A stretch of 64,000 nucleotides of DNA. It comes from Bacteroidales bacterium (GTDB lineage: Bacteria > Bacteroidota > Bacteroidia > Bacteroidales > WCHB1-69). The translations under genes were made by a program, and so were the position numbers. Positions 10,002 through 20,027 of the stretch are shown one piece after another. The stretch lies in NCBI GenBank assembly GCA_045130275.1, contig JBGUPL010000021.1, forward strand, positions 34,010-98,009, given 5' to 3'. The notes beneath the pieces were generated by a model. It saw nothing but the letters and a program-made list of their open reading frames with translations. It searched no databases and was not told where the DNA came from. Each line of letters starts with the position of its first letter. The stretch's first letter is position 1.

Positions 10002-11363
10002 TTACATTTTCCTCACAAAGAGTTGGGCATTCTCGAATTTGGTGACTTTTATTTTGTCGCCGGGGTTGGCGAAACCGTGCTCGATGGTGGCATCCAGTAC
10101 TTCGCCATCGATGTTGATTTTGCCGGAAGGACGGAGGATGGTCTGTGCAACACCTTCTTTACCAATGTATTGTTCGTTGCGCATGTCTTGTGAGGTGAAC
10201 CCCTTATCGCTGTCCAATCCGGTGCGCAGGGCCAGGGAACCGAAGCGTGTCTCCGCCAAAATCAGCTTCTTGCCGAGCCACAGAGACAGGAAAAATCCCG
10301 CCAGGGAACTCACGAGAACGAGGATGGTCATCTTGCTGATATGCGCGGAAACGTTGAATTCGGGGTCGAAGGAGAATTTGAAGCCGACGTTGAATATCAA
10401 GGTGAGGATGAGCGAGGCGACGATGAGCACGATGCCGGCGATGCCCGTGACGCCGAAGCCCGGAACGACAAAGAATTCCAGCATCAGCAAGACAAGACCG
10501 GCCAGGAAGATCAGGATCTCCCAATGTGCGGCGAGGCCTTCGAGGTAGTGCGGCGCGAAGAAGAGCAGCGCGGCGGTGATGGCGATGATGGAAGGCAGTC
10601 CGATGCCCGGTGCCTGCAGCTCGAACCAGAGGCCGCCGACGATGCACATGATGAGGATACCGCTGACGACGGGGTTCACCAGGAAGTTGATGATTTTCTC
10701 GATGGGGGAGAGCACCTGCTCGGTGATTTCCGGATTTTCGATGCCGGCCTGCGTCAGAGCCTCATCGCGGCTGCCCACCACTCCCTCGCAGAAACCGTTT
10801 TCCGCAGCCTCTTCGGAGGTGAAAGTCAGCACTTTGCCGGAGTCGCTGACACCGGGGATGGTCACATCAGGATCCACCATGGCCTGCGCGATGTTGGGGT
10901 TGCGGCCGTTGTGCTCGGCGGTGGTGCGCATGAGCGAGCGCATGTACGACTGGTACTTGTCGGGCATAATCTCCCCAGTCTGGTTGACCACGGAGGCCGC
11001 CCCGATGGAGGCGCCGGGCATCATGTAGATGCTGTCGCAGGCGATGGAGATCAGCGCGCCCGCCGAAGCCGCGTTGTTGTTGATGAAAACGAGGGTCGGC
11101 ACGGAGGTGTTGAGCAGCAACGTCCGGATTTTGTCGGCGGCGTCGAGTTCCCCGCCGAAGGTGTTCAGCTCCAGGAACAGGTAGTCGTATTTTCCGGCTT
11201 CCGCCTCCTTCACGGCCTTCTCGGTCAGCCGCAGCGCCGGCTTGGAGATGTTGTCGTCTATTTTATAGTAATAGACCTGCGTTTTCTGGGCGGAAATACT
11301 GGTGCTTATCGTCATTAACGTTACGACAAGCATAGTCAGTAGAGAATATGTTTTTTTCATCAT
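10002..11363 (-). CDS. nfeD: NfeD family membrane-bound serine protease
   Basis: LNTFGG, AASAGALI, TM region, C-terminal LRPSGK OB domain. Confidence 0.88.
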   Translation of the reverse strand: MMKKTYSLLTMLVVTLMTISTSISAQKTQVYYYKIDDNISKPALRLTEKAVKEAEAGKYDYLFLELNTFGGELDAADKIRTLLLNTSVPTLVFINNNAASAGALISIACDSIYMMPGASIGAASVVNQTGEIMPDKYQSYMRSLMRTTAEHNGRNPNIAQAMVDPDVTIPGVSDSGKVLTFTSEEAAENGFCEGVVGSRDEALTQAGIENPEITEQVLSPIEKIINFLVNPVVSGILIMCIVGGLWFELQAPGIGLPSIIAITAALLFFAPHYLEGLAAHWEILIFLAGLVLLMLEFFVVPGFGVTGIAGIVLIVASLILTLIFNVGFKFSFDPEFNVSAHISKMTILVLVSSLAGFFLSLWLGKKLILAETRFGSLALRTGLDSDKGFTSQDMRNEQYIGKEGVAQTILRPSGKINIDGEVLDATIEHGFANPGDKIKVTKFENAQLFVRKM

Positions 11364-11445
11364 TTTGAATTTCTAAATAGATGCGGCAAAGGTACATAAA
11401 ATTCTAATATACTAAGTAGCTGTTGTTATCGTGGCTTTTAAGCGA

Positions 11446-12465
11446 CTATTCCCATGCCTTACGAAACCTGATTTGTAGTTCAAGCATCCTTTTCATCAAT
11501 TCATCAAACGTCATGGCCTTTCCGAAAATAAAGTGAAGTTGCATGTCAGCGTAGTCTTCTCGCCAATTCTCCCATTCTTCCTCTGGCGGTAAAAACACGA
11601 TCCTTTGCGGTGTGTGCAGGTCATAATTCACATACTTCAAGTCATAATATGTTCGCCGATGTTCCACTATCCTCTCGTACAATATCTTGTCCTCCAGTGC
11701 TTCCTGTGCAAATTCCGTGTCCATTAGCCGCTCTAAATCATACAAATGTCGGCTCATCCTTTTGTATCTTGGTTTTGACCTTTGGAACTCCTCGCTCAAC
11801 AGAAATACTTTTTCCAAGAATGTACGTGTTGGCACTACTGTTCTGATTCTACACCCCATCTCATTATCCTCATTCGGATAATATTTAGAAATCAGGGTGT
11901 TTAGTTCCAGCTCCTGAGTGGGTTCATCCATTGATAGACAACCAATCTCCACCTTGACACGTGAAGGGATGTACATGGTAGCTTCTTCTACCACACTCTC
12001 GTAATTTACTATCAACACTGTTGGATCTGTATTGCTGTTTATGTGCGATGGCCCATCCTTTGTCATCAATTCAGTCACAGCTTCAACCCAATAGCCAGTT
12101 ATACCCATAGTTCTAAGTTGCTCATCCAGTTCGTCGCGTAGTTGCCCAACTATAAACGCACGAGCTTTGCGGCATAAGTTGTCTCGCTGAAATTTGTTCG
12201 TCCTTTTCATCCCAAAGAAAGAGTGATGCAATGCCACGTCGATATCCTCACTCAAGCGTTCAATCATGCCCCAGCCTTTTGAGAGGCTCGTGCCTCCCTT
12301 GAAACTCAGCGCATGCTTACACGAAGTTTTGAACAGAGCTTTCAACACAGCCGTCACCCACCAATCCTTTTCGATAGCTGAGACTTGCTGTAATCTACCC
12401 TGTTTTGCCACTGATTGCAGAATTACCCTGCGATCATCCACATTTAAGTCAACCCATTTAGACAT
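11446..12465 (-). CDS. AbiEii/AbiGii nucleotidyltransferase toxin
   Basis: IEKDWWVT, FKGGTSLSK, RLSEDID, RTFLEK, SRHLYD. Confidence 0.88.
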   Translation of the reverse strand: MSKWVDLNVDDRRVILQSVAKQGRLQQVSAIEKDWWVTAVLKALFKTSCKHALSFKGGTSLSKGWGMIERLSEDIDVALHHSFFGMKRTNKFQRDNLCRKARAFIVGQLRDELDEQLRTMGITGYWVEAVTELMTKDGPSHINSNTDPTVLIVNYESVVEEATMYIPSRVKVEIGCLSMDEPTQELELNTLISKYYPNEDNEMGCRIRTVVPTRTFLEKVFLLSEEFQRSKPRYKRMSRHLYDLERLMDTEFAQEALEDKILYERIVEHRRTYYDLKYVNYDLHTPQRIVFLPPEEEWENWREDYADMQLHFIFGKAMTFDELMKRMLELQIRFRKAWE

Positions 12466-12467
12466 AA

Positions 12468-13055
12468 TTATAATAATGGTATAATGATTTTTTTCATCCA
12501 GATCGGCATCCGTTGCACATCGGAGCGGAACATCTCTTTTTCCTCATTCAGGCCTATAGCCCTCTTCAGAGCAGATACTTCTTCGTCGCCTATGTTCTCC
12601 TCGCCAGTGGCCTTCAATGCTTGAACAATCAACGCGGCCAGACGGGTCTTGTAGGCAAAATTCCGAGGAACTGCGCGTTTAAGTGTCACTTCAATTCCAT
12701 CAATTGTCAATACTCTTGATGAACCAGATGTGATAAACGTGTGTTTCATAGTTACTTGCACCGATATGCCCAGCATGTTTGCAGCCGTAGCACCAGAAGG
12801 CAGCACCTGCGCATGATCGCGTTGTGCTACCGCATCTACGATCTTGGAAACTGAAGGGTACAGAGGACCGAAAGGTGTTATCTTTGGTTTACAGTAGATA
12901 CCCTTTGAGAGTCGCTTTATCACATCCTGCATTTCCAGTTCAGATAACATTTTGCTCACCTCCTTGTCAGTAGTAATATCAAGAAAATCCGATACAAAAA
13001 AGACGCTCTCTGTAGCCATCTTCTCAATTCTCATTTTCAGAACTTTACGTTTCAT
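12468..13055 (-). CDS. DUF6088 AbiEi-like antitoxin
   Basis: RLSKGIY.KP, AANMLGISVQV; directly upstream of AbiEii. Confidence 0.82.
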   Translation of the reverse strand: MKRKVLKMRIEKMATESVFFVSDFLDITTDKEVSKMLSELEMQDVIKRLSKGIYCKPKITPFGPLYPSVSKIVDAVAQRDHAQVLPSGATAANMLGISVQVTMKHTFITSGSSRVLTIDGIEVTLKRAVPRNFAYKTRLAALIVQALKATGEENIGDEEVSALKRAIGLNEEKEMFRSDVQRMPIWMKKIIIPLL

Positions 13056-13230
13056 TGCGATAATATTTTCGGCTGCAAATATACAAAAATAATGGAGAAA
13101 ACTTTGCAAAAATTTTCTCCGTTATTCGTTTCCTTTTTTTTGCATATTTCTTAATGATTAATGCATAAAGTGTAAATTCTAAGGCGTTGTTTGTTGTTTT
13201 TATCCTGTCTTATGAAAGAAATATATCAAA

Positions 13231-13278
13231 ATGCTATCTTTAGTATGTGGATTTGAGTTGTTTGCTTTCATATTTTTG
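13231..13278 (+). promoter_or_regulatory. Candidate C-box operator and -7 promoter (TATTTTTG) of controller gene
   Basis: ATGCTATCTTTAGTAT-GTG-GATTTGAGTT resembles the bipartite C-protein operator layout; -7 box ends 4 nt before ATG. Confidence 0.45.
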
Positions 13279-13282
13279 CGGC

Positions 13283-13507
13283 ATGAAAAATAGTATTACA
13301 AAGACATTTGGAATCAAGGTGGCTGAACTGCGAAAGAAACAAGGTTTATCACAGGAAGTTCTTGCCGAGATGTGCGGTCTTCATCGTACATATATCGGTT
13401 TCATAGAACGAGGTGAGAAGTCACCTACGCTAAACACTGTTGAAAAAATTATAAAAGGATTAAACATTAATATCAGTGAATTATGGGAAGCAATGCAAAT
13501 CGACTAA
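13283..13507 (+). CDS. R-M controller protein (XRE HTH)
   Basis: LSQEVLAEMCGLHRTYIGFIERGEKSPTL; overlaps REase start. Confidence 0.85.
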   Translation: MKNSITKTFGIKVAELRKKQGLSQEVLAEMCGLHRTYIGFIERGEKSPTLNTVEKIIKGLNINISELWEAMQID

Positions 13508-14085
13508 GAAAAAAATGGCAAGATTATGGCGGATTACATGCCACAACTGCGGAACACTCCTTTATAGAAGTTTTTGATAAAGTGTTTAAAGACACCGAGT
13601 ATAGAGTTTTCAGCCAACCCACATGTTTCAAAGAACTTTACGTAAATGTTCATTTATCAAAAAAGGAATTGGCAGAGATATATACCCCAAAGGAAATAAT
13701 CAAAAAGCATGGTATTCAACCAGACAGTGTTATCGTGAATACAAAAACAAATAAAAGGATTTTTGTTGAAATAAAAAGACAAGATGGATGGGTTGAAGGC
13801 AAACCACGTTCTGCAGGTCGTGGAAATGCCCACGAACGATTGTGCAAATATTTTACACCTGGTTTATTGAAAACCTTAAGAAAAGAAAGTGGCATGCGTG
13901 AGCCAAATTTGCCTTTTTGGATTGTATTTCAAGGAGATATAACACGAGATCCTTGTAGGGTGCGTGAAATTAGATATTGGTTTGACGGCAATGATACTAA
14001 TGTGTTTTTTTGGCGAGATACTTCTGATGCCAAAGAATTAATTGAGCATTTCGAAAATAGAATACTTCCGTTACTCGAAGAGTAA
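13483..14085 (+). CDS. Type II restriction endonuclease, MunI-like (predicted CAATTG)
   Basis: EIKRQDGWVEGK..SAGRGNAHER.CK.FTPGLLK and GDITRDP.RVREI closely match MunI as recalled. Confidence 0.85.
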   Translation: MGSNANRLRKKWQDYGGLHATTAEHSFIEVFDKVFKDTEYRVFSQPTCFKELYVNVHLSKKELAEIYTPKEIIKKHGIQPDSVIVNTKTNKRIFVEIKRQDGWVEGKPRSAGRGNAHERLCKYFTPGLLKTLRKESGMREPNLPFWIVFQGDITRDPCRVREIRYWFDGNDTNVFFWRDTSDAKELIEHFENRILPLLEE

Positions 14086-14097
14086 TAGGGCGGAGTG

Positions 14098-14820
14098 TTA
14101 TTCTTCCGTTTTTACTTCTCTGACATCCAATCCCCAAACATCCCAATCTTTAGGCTTTTGTCGTGCAAACAACTCGATCCTTTTTTGAGTAGGAAACATC
14201 TTTACAATGTTATCTCTAACGATATCAGGCTTTACACTATGCTCACCTCTTGGTACTCGCACCAGCTGTTGGATGTTCCTTGCGCCACGTGGAGTTGGTA
14301 TTTTACCTTTTTTGAACAATAGGCACAATTCACAGTTTGATAATGTGTATTGGCCTGGATTGTGATTCATCTTGTCCCATACAAAAGCGACTGTACGATA
14401 TTCAAATCCCCACGCTTCCCCTAATTGTATACCTTGCGCTAAATGAGGATTTGTAACCCACATAAACAGTAGACAGTTATCTGAGCAGATTTTACCCAAT
14501 GGTATTTTCATTAACTCTTTAGTCTTTACTGTAGGGTATTTAAAATTGGCAGCACTAATGAAAATACCTCGTTTCCAATCTTTGTTTTCTGTTTTGATTG
14601 AACTTTTGTCAAATTGCATTTTCCCACCGTAATCCCAAGGGGGGTCAGCATATATTATGTCATACTTTTGGTTTGGCAAGTCTGGATAAAATTCAGGTAA
14701 TTCATTGTGCATAGTTCTTCGATTCTGTTCTGGTGAATATATTTGATATCCAGATATTGTAGAACGAACCTCATTGTCTTGGGTTTGTTCCAATGGGAAC
14801 AAGGTTAAATCTTCTAACAT
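14098..14820 (-). CDS. MT-A70 family adenine DNA methyltransferase (M.MunI-like)
   Basis: IYADPPW, LFMWVT, HSVKP, RIELFAR; convergent with REase. Confidence 0.88.
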   Translation of the reverse strand: MLEDLTLFPLEQTQDNEVRSTISGYQIYSPEQNRRTMHNELPEFYPDLPNQKYDIIYADPPWDYGGKMQFDKSSIKTENKDWKRGIFISAANFKYPTVKTKELMKIPLGKICSDNCLLFMWVTNPHLAQGIQLGEAWGFEYRTVAFVWDKMNHNPGQYTLSNCELCLLFKKGKIPTPRGARNIQQLVRVPRGEHSVKPDIVRDNIVKMFPTQKRIELFARQKPKDWDVWGLDVREVKTEE

Positions 14821-14980
14821 TGTTACTTAGTTTTGAACCGCAAAAATACACTTTTTTTAGTTTTTGCCATTCTGAAGAAAGTATTAAATAACGCTTCTTG
14901 TGGAGGTGGTTAATCATATTCAATCGTACCTTCACAATTAAACCGATAATTTTGTATCTTTGCCGACTAATTTTTTGGAC

Positions 14981-15991
14981 ATGAAAAAGGAATACGTAGA
15001 TCAGATTTTTGAAGAATTCAAGAATGCTAAAATACTGGTTATCGGTGATGTAATGATTGACTGTTACCTCACAGGCAAGGTCACTCGTATCAGTCCGGAA
15101 GCGCCGGTTCCCATCGTGAATGTGCAAAACCGCAGCTACCGTCTCGGCGGTGCCGCCAATGTCGCACTCAACCTCAAGTCCCTTGGAGCGGACCCGATCC
15201 TTTGCTCCGTCATCGGTGGCGATTCCAAAGCCAAGGTCTTCTACAACTTGATGGAGGACTGCGATTTGACTTCCGACGCGATTGTGCCGATGTACGGCCG
15301 CCGCACCACCATCAAATACCGCATCATCGGCAACAACTGCCATATTGTGCGTGTGGACGACGAGCGGGTGCAGCAGCTCAAGGAGCGTGAGAAACGTCAG
15401 TTCCTGACCACGGTGGAACAAATCATCGACCATAACGACATTGACGCGGTCATCTTCGAAGATTATGACAAAGGTCTGTTTTCCAAGGATTTGATTTCCG
15501 AGATCATCAATTTCGCGCATAAGAAGAACATCTATGTCGCGGTGGACCCCAAGGAGAAGAATTTCAACAACTACGCCAATGTCAACCTCTTCAAACCCAA
15601 TATGAAGGAACTTTCCAAAGGCCTTCATGTGGAGGAGAACGCGGAGCTTTCCTTGGAGGAAATTCACGAGCTGGCAAAAGATTTCGCCTGCAAACAGAAC
15701 ATCGACAAGGTGATGGTGACGATGTCGGCGAAAGGTATCGCCTTCTACGACCGCCAGAACGACAAGTTCTTCCACCAACCCGCTTTCCAACGCCGCGTGA
15801 GCGATGTCTCCGGCGCCGGCGACACGGTGATTTCCGTCTCCACGCTCTTCCTGCTGAAGAATCATACTGTGGAGGAGACCTGCCTCGCCTCCAACCTGGC
15901 TGGCGGACTTGTTTGTGAGTATGTGGGAGTGGTGCCCATCAACGGCGCCCAGCTCAAGGCGGAGATGGTCCGGAACTCTCCCGGAAAATAA
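14981..15991 (+). CDS. Heptose-7-phosphate kinase (HldE/RfaE kinase domain, PfkB family)
   Basis: GDVMIDCY, RISPEAPVP, GGAANVA, DVSGAGDTV. Confidence 0.88.
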   Translation: MKKEYVDQIFEEFKNAKILVIGDVMIDCYLTGKVTRISPEAPVPIVNVQNRSYRLGGAANVALNLKSLGADPILCSVIGGDSKAKVFYNLMEDCDLTSDAIVPMYGRRTTIKYRIIGNNCHIVRVDDERVQQLKEREKRQFLTTVEQIIDHNDIDAVIFEDYDKGLFSKDLISEIINFAHKKNIYVAVDPKEKNFNNYANVNLFKPNMKELSKGLHVEENAELSLEEIHELAKDFACKQNIDKVMVTMSAKGIAFYDRQNDKFFHQPAFQRRVSDVSGAGDTVISVSTLFLLKNHTVEETCLASNLAGGLVCEYVGVVPINGAQLKAEMVRNSPGK

Positions 15992-16056
15992 AAAAATTGT
16001 CCTCGGAACACTAAACAGCCCGAAAACTCGTTATAGCCGCTTTGATTTCGGATTTT

Positions 16057-16773
16057 ATGAAACTTAAAAGAACAATCGCGATCACCGTCTTGACCCTCAT
16101 GGTTGCCGTTCAGGCTCATGCACAGTTCGGTGTCCCGAACCTGCTGAAATACGACAAAAGGCCATTCCATTTTGGCTTCAGCCTGGGCTACAACCTGTTC
16201 GATTACCGTATATCCTCGAAACCCGACCTCTCCGAGTACGACTCGCTGATGGTCGTGAACACCCACGCCATGAGTGGGTTCAGTCTCGGCATCGTCACCA
16301 ATCTGCGCTTGGGCAAATATTTCGACTTGCGGTTTGTCCCAGGACTCTCCTTCGGTGACCGATACATCAACTATACCATCCGTTATTCTTCTGGCAATGA
16401 ACTTGTCACCGCCAAAGATCTGGAATCCGTCTATCTTGATTTGCCTATCATGTTCAAGTACAAGTCCTCGAGAATGCTGAACAACATCAGGGCTTATGTG
16501 CTTGCCGGAGGGCAATATACCTTCGACATGATCTCTGCCAAGAAGAAAAAAGCCCCGGATAACGGTGACGTGGTACTCAAACTCAACCCCCACGACGTCC
16601 AGGCCCAGGTCGGCGTCGGCTTCGATTTCTATTGCACCTACTTCAAATTCACCACCGAGTTCAAGATGTCTTTCGGCTTCCTCAACATGCTTGTCCCGGA
16701 AGACAATATGTACGCCACCAGCGTCACATCCCTCAAGGCCAAGAATATGCAGATTTCGTTTATCTTCGAATAG
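16057..16773 (+). CDS. porT: T9SS outer-membrane protein PorT
   Basis: YDKRPFHFGFSLG, DLRFVPGLSFGDR, GFDFY..YFK, C-terminal FE. Confidence 0.8.
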   Translation: MKLKRTIAITVLTLMVAVQAHAQFGVPNLLKYDKRPFHFGFSLGYNLFDYRISSKPDLSEYDSLMVVNTHAMSGFSLGIVTNLRLGKYFDLRFVPGLSFGDRYINYTIRYSSGNELVTAKDLESVYLDLPIMFKYKSSRMLNNIRAYVLAGGQYTFDMISAKKKKAPDNGDVVLKLNPHDVQAQVGVGFDFYCTYFKFTTEFKMSFGFLNMLVPEDNMYATSVTSLKAKNMQISFIFE

Positions 16774-16801
16774 ACATAGGACGCGAATCATATATTAGAC
16801 T

Positions 16802-16876
16802 TATAACCTTAACCTTTAACCCTTAACCCTAAACCTTTAACCTTTAACCATTAACCTTTAACCTTTAACCTTTAAT
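16802..16876. repeat. (TAACCTT)n array abutting glyQS start
   Basis: Direct reading. Confidence 0.9.
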
Positions 16877-18391
16877 ATGGCAAACAACGAAGATCTTTTC
16901 AAACAAATCATAGCCCATGCGAAAGAGTATGGCTTCATTTTCCCGTCAAGCGAGATATACGACGGACTGAGCGCGGTGTATGACTACGGTCAGAACGGCG
17001 TGGAACTGAAGAACAACATCAAGCAGTATTGGTGGAAATCGATGGTGCAGTACCATGAGAACATTGTCGGACTGGACAGTGCCATCTTCATGCATCCCAC
17101 CATCTGGAAGGCTTCCGGGCATGTGGACGCGTTCAATGATCCGTTGATCGACAACAAGGATTCGAAGAAGCGCTACCGTGCCGACGTGCTGATCGAGGAT
17201 CATATCCAAAAGATTGAGGATAAGATAGATAAGGAGATAGAGAAGGCAAAGAAACGCTTTAACAATTTTGACGAGTCGCTTTATCGCCAGACCAACACCC
17301 GCGTGGTGCAATACCAAGCGCAGGTTGATGATATCCGCACACGTTTCGCCGAGCTGATGAACAACAACGACCTGGTAGGCCTGAAGGCGCTCATCGAGGA
17401 GTTGGGCATTGCCTGTCCGATTTCCGGCACGCGCAACTGGACCGACGTACGCCAGTTCAACTTGATGTTCGCCACGAAGTTGGGCTCTGTCGCCGACGGC
17501 GCCGACACGATCTACCTCCGTCCCGAGACCGCTCAGGGTATTTTCGTGAATTTCCTGAACATCTACAAGACCGGTCGTATGAAGCTGCCGTTCGGCATCG
17601 CGCAGATTGGAAAGGCCTTCAGAAATGAGATTGTGGCTCGCCAGTTCATTTTCCGTATGCGTGAGTTCGAGCAGATGGAGATGCAGTTCTTCGTGAAACC
17701 CGGTGAGGAGCTCAAATGGTTCGATTATTGGAAGCAGACCCGTCTGCAGTGGCACACCGACCTGGGCATCGCCCCGGAGAACTACCGTTTCCACGACCAC
17801 GAGAAATTAGCGCACTACGCCAATGCCGCCACAGACATTGAGTTCAAGTTCCCGTTCGGCTTCAAGGAGCTGGAGGGTATTCATTCGCGCACGAACTTCG
17901 ATTTGTCGCAGCATGAGAAATACTCCGGCAAGAAACTGCGCTATTTCGATCCTGAACTTAACGAAAACTACGTGCCGTACGTCATTGAGACGTCCATCGG
18001 CGTTGATCGTATGTTCCTGGCTGTCTTCAGCCACGCCTACACGGAAGAGACGTTGGAGGACGGCTCCACGCGCACCGTCCTGCGTCTGCCCGCCAAGCTT
18101 GCCCCCTACAAGGTGGCAGTGCTTCCGTTGGTGAAGAAAGACGGTCTGCCTGAAATCGGCCAGGAGATCTTCGACATGTTGAAGAAAGACTTCATGGTGC
18201 AGTACGAGGACAAGGACGCTATCGGCCGCCGTTACCGTCGCCAGGATGCCATCGGTACGCCATTCTGCGTCACCATCGACAACCAGACCAAGGAGGACAA
18301 CACCGTGACGGTCCGCGAGCGTGACACGATGGCCCAATACCGGCTGCCCATCGCCGATTTGACGGTTGAATTGATGAAGAAATTACGTTAA
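16877..18391 (+). CDS. glyQS: Glycine--tRNA ligase (homodimeric type)
   Basis: YLRPETAQG, FRMREFEQME, IETSIGVDR, IGRRYRRQDAIGTP. Confidence 0.95.
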   Translation: MANNEDLFKQIIAHAKEYGFIFPSSEIYDGLSAVYDYGQNGVELKNNIKQYWWKSMVQYHENIVGLDSAIFMHPTIWKASGHVDAFNDPLIDNKDSKKRYRADVLIEDHIQKIEDKIDKEIEKAKKRFNNFDESLYRQTNTRVVQYQAQVDDIRTRFAELMNNNDLVGLKALIEELGIACPISGTRNWTDVRQFNLMFATKLGSVADGADTIYLRPETAQGIFVNFLNIYKTGRMKLPFGIAQIGKAFRNEIVARQFIFRMREFEQMEMQFFVKPGEELKWFDYWKQTRLQWHTDLGIAPENYRFHDHEKLAHYANAATDIEFKFPFGFKELEGIHSRTNFDLSQHEKYSGKKLRYFDPELNENYVPYVIETSIGVDRMFLAVFSHAYTEETLEDGSTRTVLRLPAKLAPYKVAVLPLVKKDGLPEIGQEIFDMLKKDFMVQYEDKDAIGRRYRRQDAIGTPFCVTIDNQTKEDNTVTVRERDTMAQYRLPIADLTVELMKKLR

Positions 18392-18400
18392 CCCCATACT

Positions 18401-18472
18401 GTGGAGACGTGCCATTGCACGTTTCTGCACTGACAAACCGAATCGTAGAGACGCGCCGCGGCACGTCTCTAC
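18401..18472. repeat. Doublet of GTAG-type REP-like palindromes
   Basis: GTGGAGACGTGCCATTGCACGTTTCTGC and GTAGAGACGCGCCGCGGCACGTCTCTAC. Confidence 0.7.
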
Positions 18473-18557
18473 ATTTGTTTTAAAAAAAGCAGGGTATTCA
18501 TACAACAAAAAAATGTATCTTTGCAAGTTCAAAATTAAAATGGAAAATTTCTATCCG

Positions 18558-20018
18558 ATGAAAAAATATATCTTACTGATTATCATGCTGATGGCGACGG
18601 CAGGCGCTTTTGCCCAAGGGCTGAAGGCTTTCATCAGTCACAAGGCCTACTGCACAAAGAATATGCAGCCGTACATTGAGTACACGTTCATCGTGGGAGG
18701 CAACACCGTCCAATATGTGCCCGATGGCCACGGCAAGTTCTCCGCCGGTGTTGAGATACAAGTGGATATGATGCAGGCCGACACCCTTGTGAGGCAACTT
18801 CACTACATCCTCGGCAGTGATCTCTTCGAAGACTCTACGCGCGCGGGCAAACCCGATTTCGCGGATGTTCAAAACGTGCCGATACCCCAAGGGGATTATT
18901 ACCTCTATTTTTACATGAAAGATGTGAATGGCGACACGAATCGTCTTTCCTACATAGACAGGATTGTGGTTGATTTTCCCGAAGACCGCATAACGACTTC
19001 CAAGATATCGCTTTACAAGTCGCTTAAGCGCGCTGACGCGGAGAGTGTTTTCGTTAAGTACGGTTACAATCTGCCACCCCTCTATTCGAATTTCGTGCCC
19101 GAAACGCAATACACGCTGCCCTTTGCCGTGGAGATATACAACTCCAACAAAATTCTGGGAAACAGTGTGTTGAAGGCAAACTGCTATGTCGAATATGCGG
19201 AGTCGCACCTTGTCGCCAACCCGAACAACATCATCTCTGTGGAACAGCCCGCCAAGGATGTGGTACTCATCCTCAACGAGTTGAATGTCTTCAACTTGCC
19301 CTCCGGCAACTATTTCGTAGTGGTGGAGCTGTTGGATGGTCGCGACAGTCTGTTGCTGGTGGACAAGGTGTTCTTCCAGAAAAGCAACCCTTCTGTCCAG
19401 CTGAATCTGGATGACTATAGCCACACCGACATCCGGGGTACTTTTGTGGAGTTCGACACCGTCCGCAAAAAACTCATTGACGAAGTGAAATGCCTCTATC
19501 CGATCAGCAGTTTTGCAGAGCGGGAGTTCTATGAGACCCGCATGAAAGACATCCCGACTGAGCAGTTGCAGCGCTTTTTCTACAGTTTCTGGATGAAGCG
19601 GAATCCTGCGAATCCGGAGGCAGCGTGGTTGAAGTATAAGAAACGGGTGGACGAGGTGGAGAAGCTTTTCGGCAGCCGGCAGGTCCGCGGCTACCTTACC
19701 GACCGCGGCCGTGTCTATCTGCAATATGGCAAACCCAATGAAGTGAATGAGGTCCCGTCCGATCCGGTGACTTTGCCGTATGAAATATGGCATTATTACT
19801 ATCTCAACAACCAATCGAACGTGAAATTTGTGTTTTACGACCCCGTTTTGACAGGCAACGACTACGAATTGCTGCATTCCAACATGTATGGTGAGACGCA
19901 CAACCCGAACTGGCGGATGCAACTCGTGCGCAAAATCCAGACTCAGCAGGATTTGTACGATCCCATTCCTGTGGACTATTGGGGCAACGAAATGGACGAT
20001 TACTGGAAATACCATTGA
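18558..20018 (+). CDS. GWxTD domain-containing protein
   Basis: FFYSFW, GYLTDRGRVYLQYGKP, PYEIWHY. Confidence 0.85.
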   Translation: MKKYILLIIMLMATAGAFAQGLKAFISHKAYCTKNMQPYIEYTFIVGGNTVQYVPDGHGKFSAGVEIQVDMMQADTLVRQLHYILGSDLFEDSTRAGKPDFADVQNVPIPQGDYYLYFYMKDVNGDTNRLSYIDRIVVDFPEDRITTSKISLYKSLKRADAESVFVKYGYNLPPLYSNFVPETQYTLPFAVEIYNSNKILGNSVLKANCYVEYAESHLVANPNNIISVEQPAKDVVLILNELNVFNLPSGNYFVVVELLDGRDSLLLVDKVFFQKSNPSVQLNLDDYSHTDIRGTFVEFDTVRKKLIDEVKCLYPISSFAEREFYETRMKDIPTEQLQRFFYSFWMKRNPANPEAAWLKYKKRVDEVEKLFGSRQVRGYLTDRGRVYLQYGKPNEVNEVPSDPVTLPYEIWHYYYLNNQSNVKFVFYDPVLTGNDYELLHSNMYGETHNPNWRMQLVRKIQTQQDLYDPIPVDYWGNEMDDYWKYH

Positions 20019-20027
20019 TAGTTAGGA

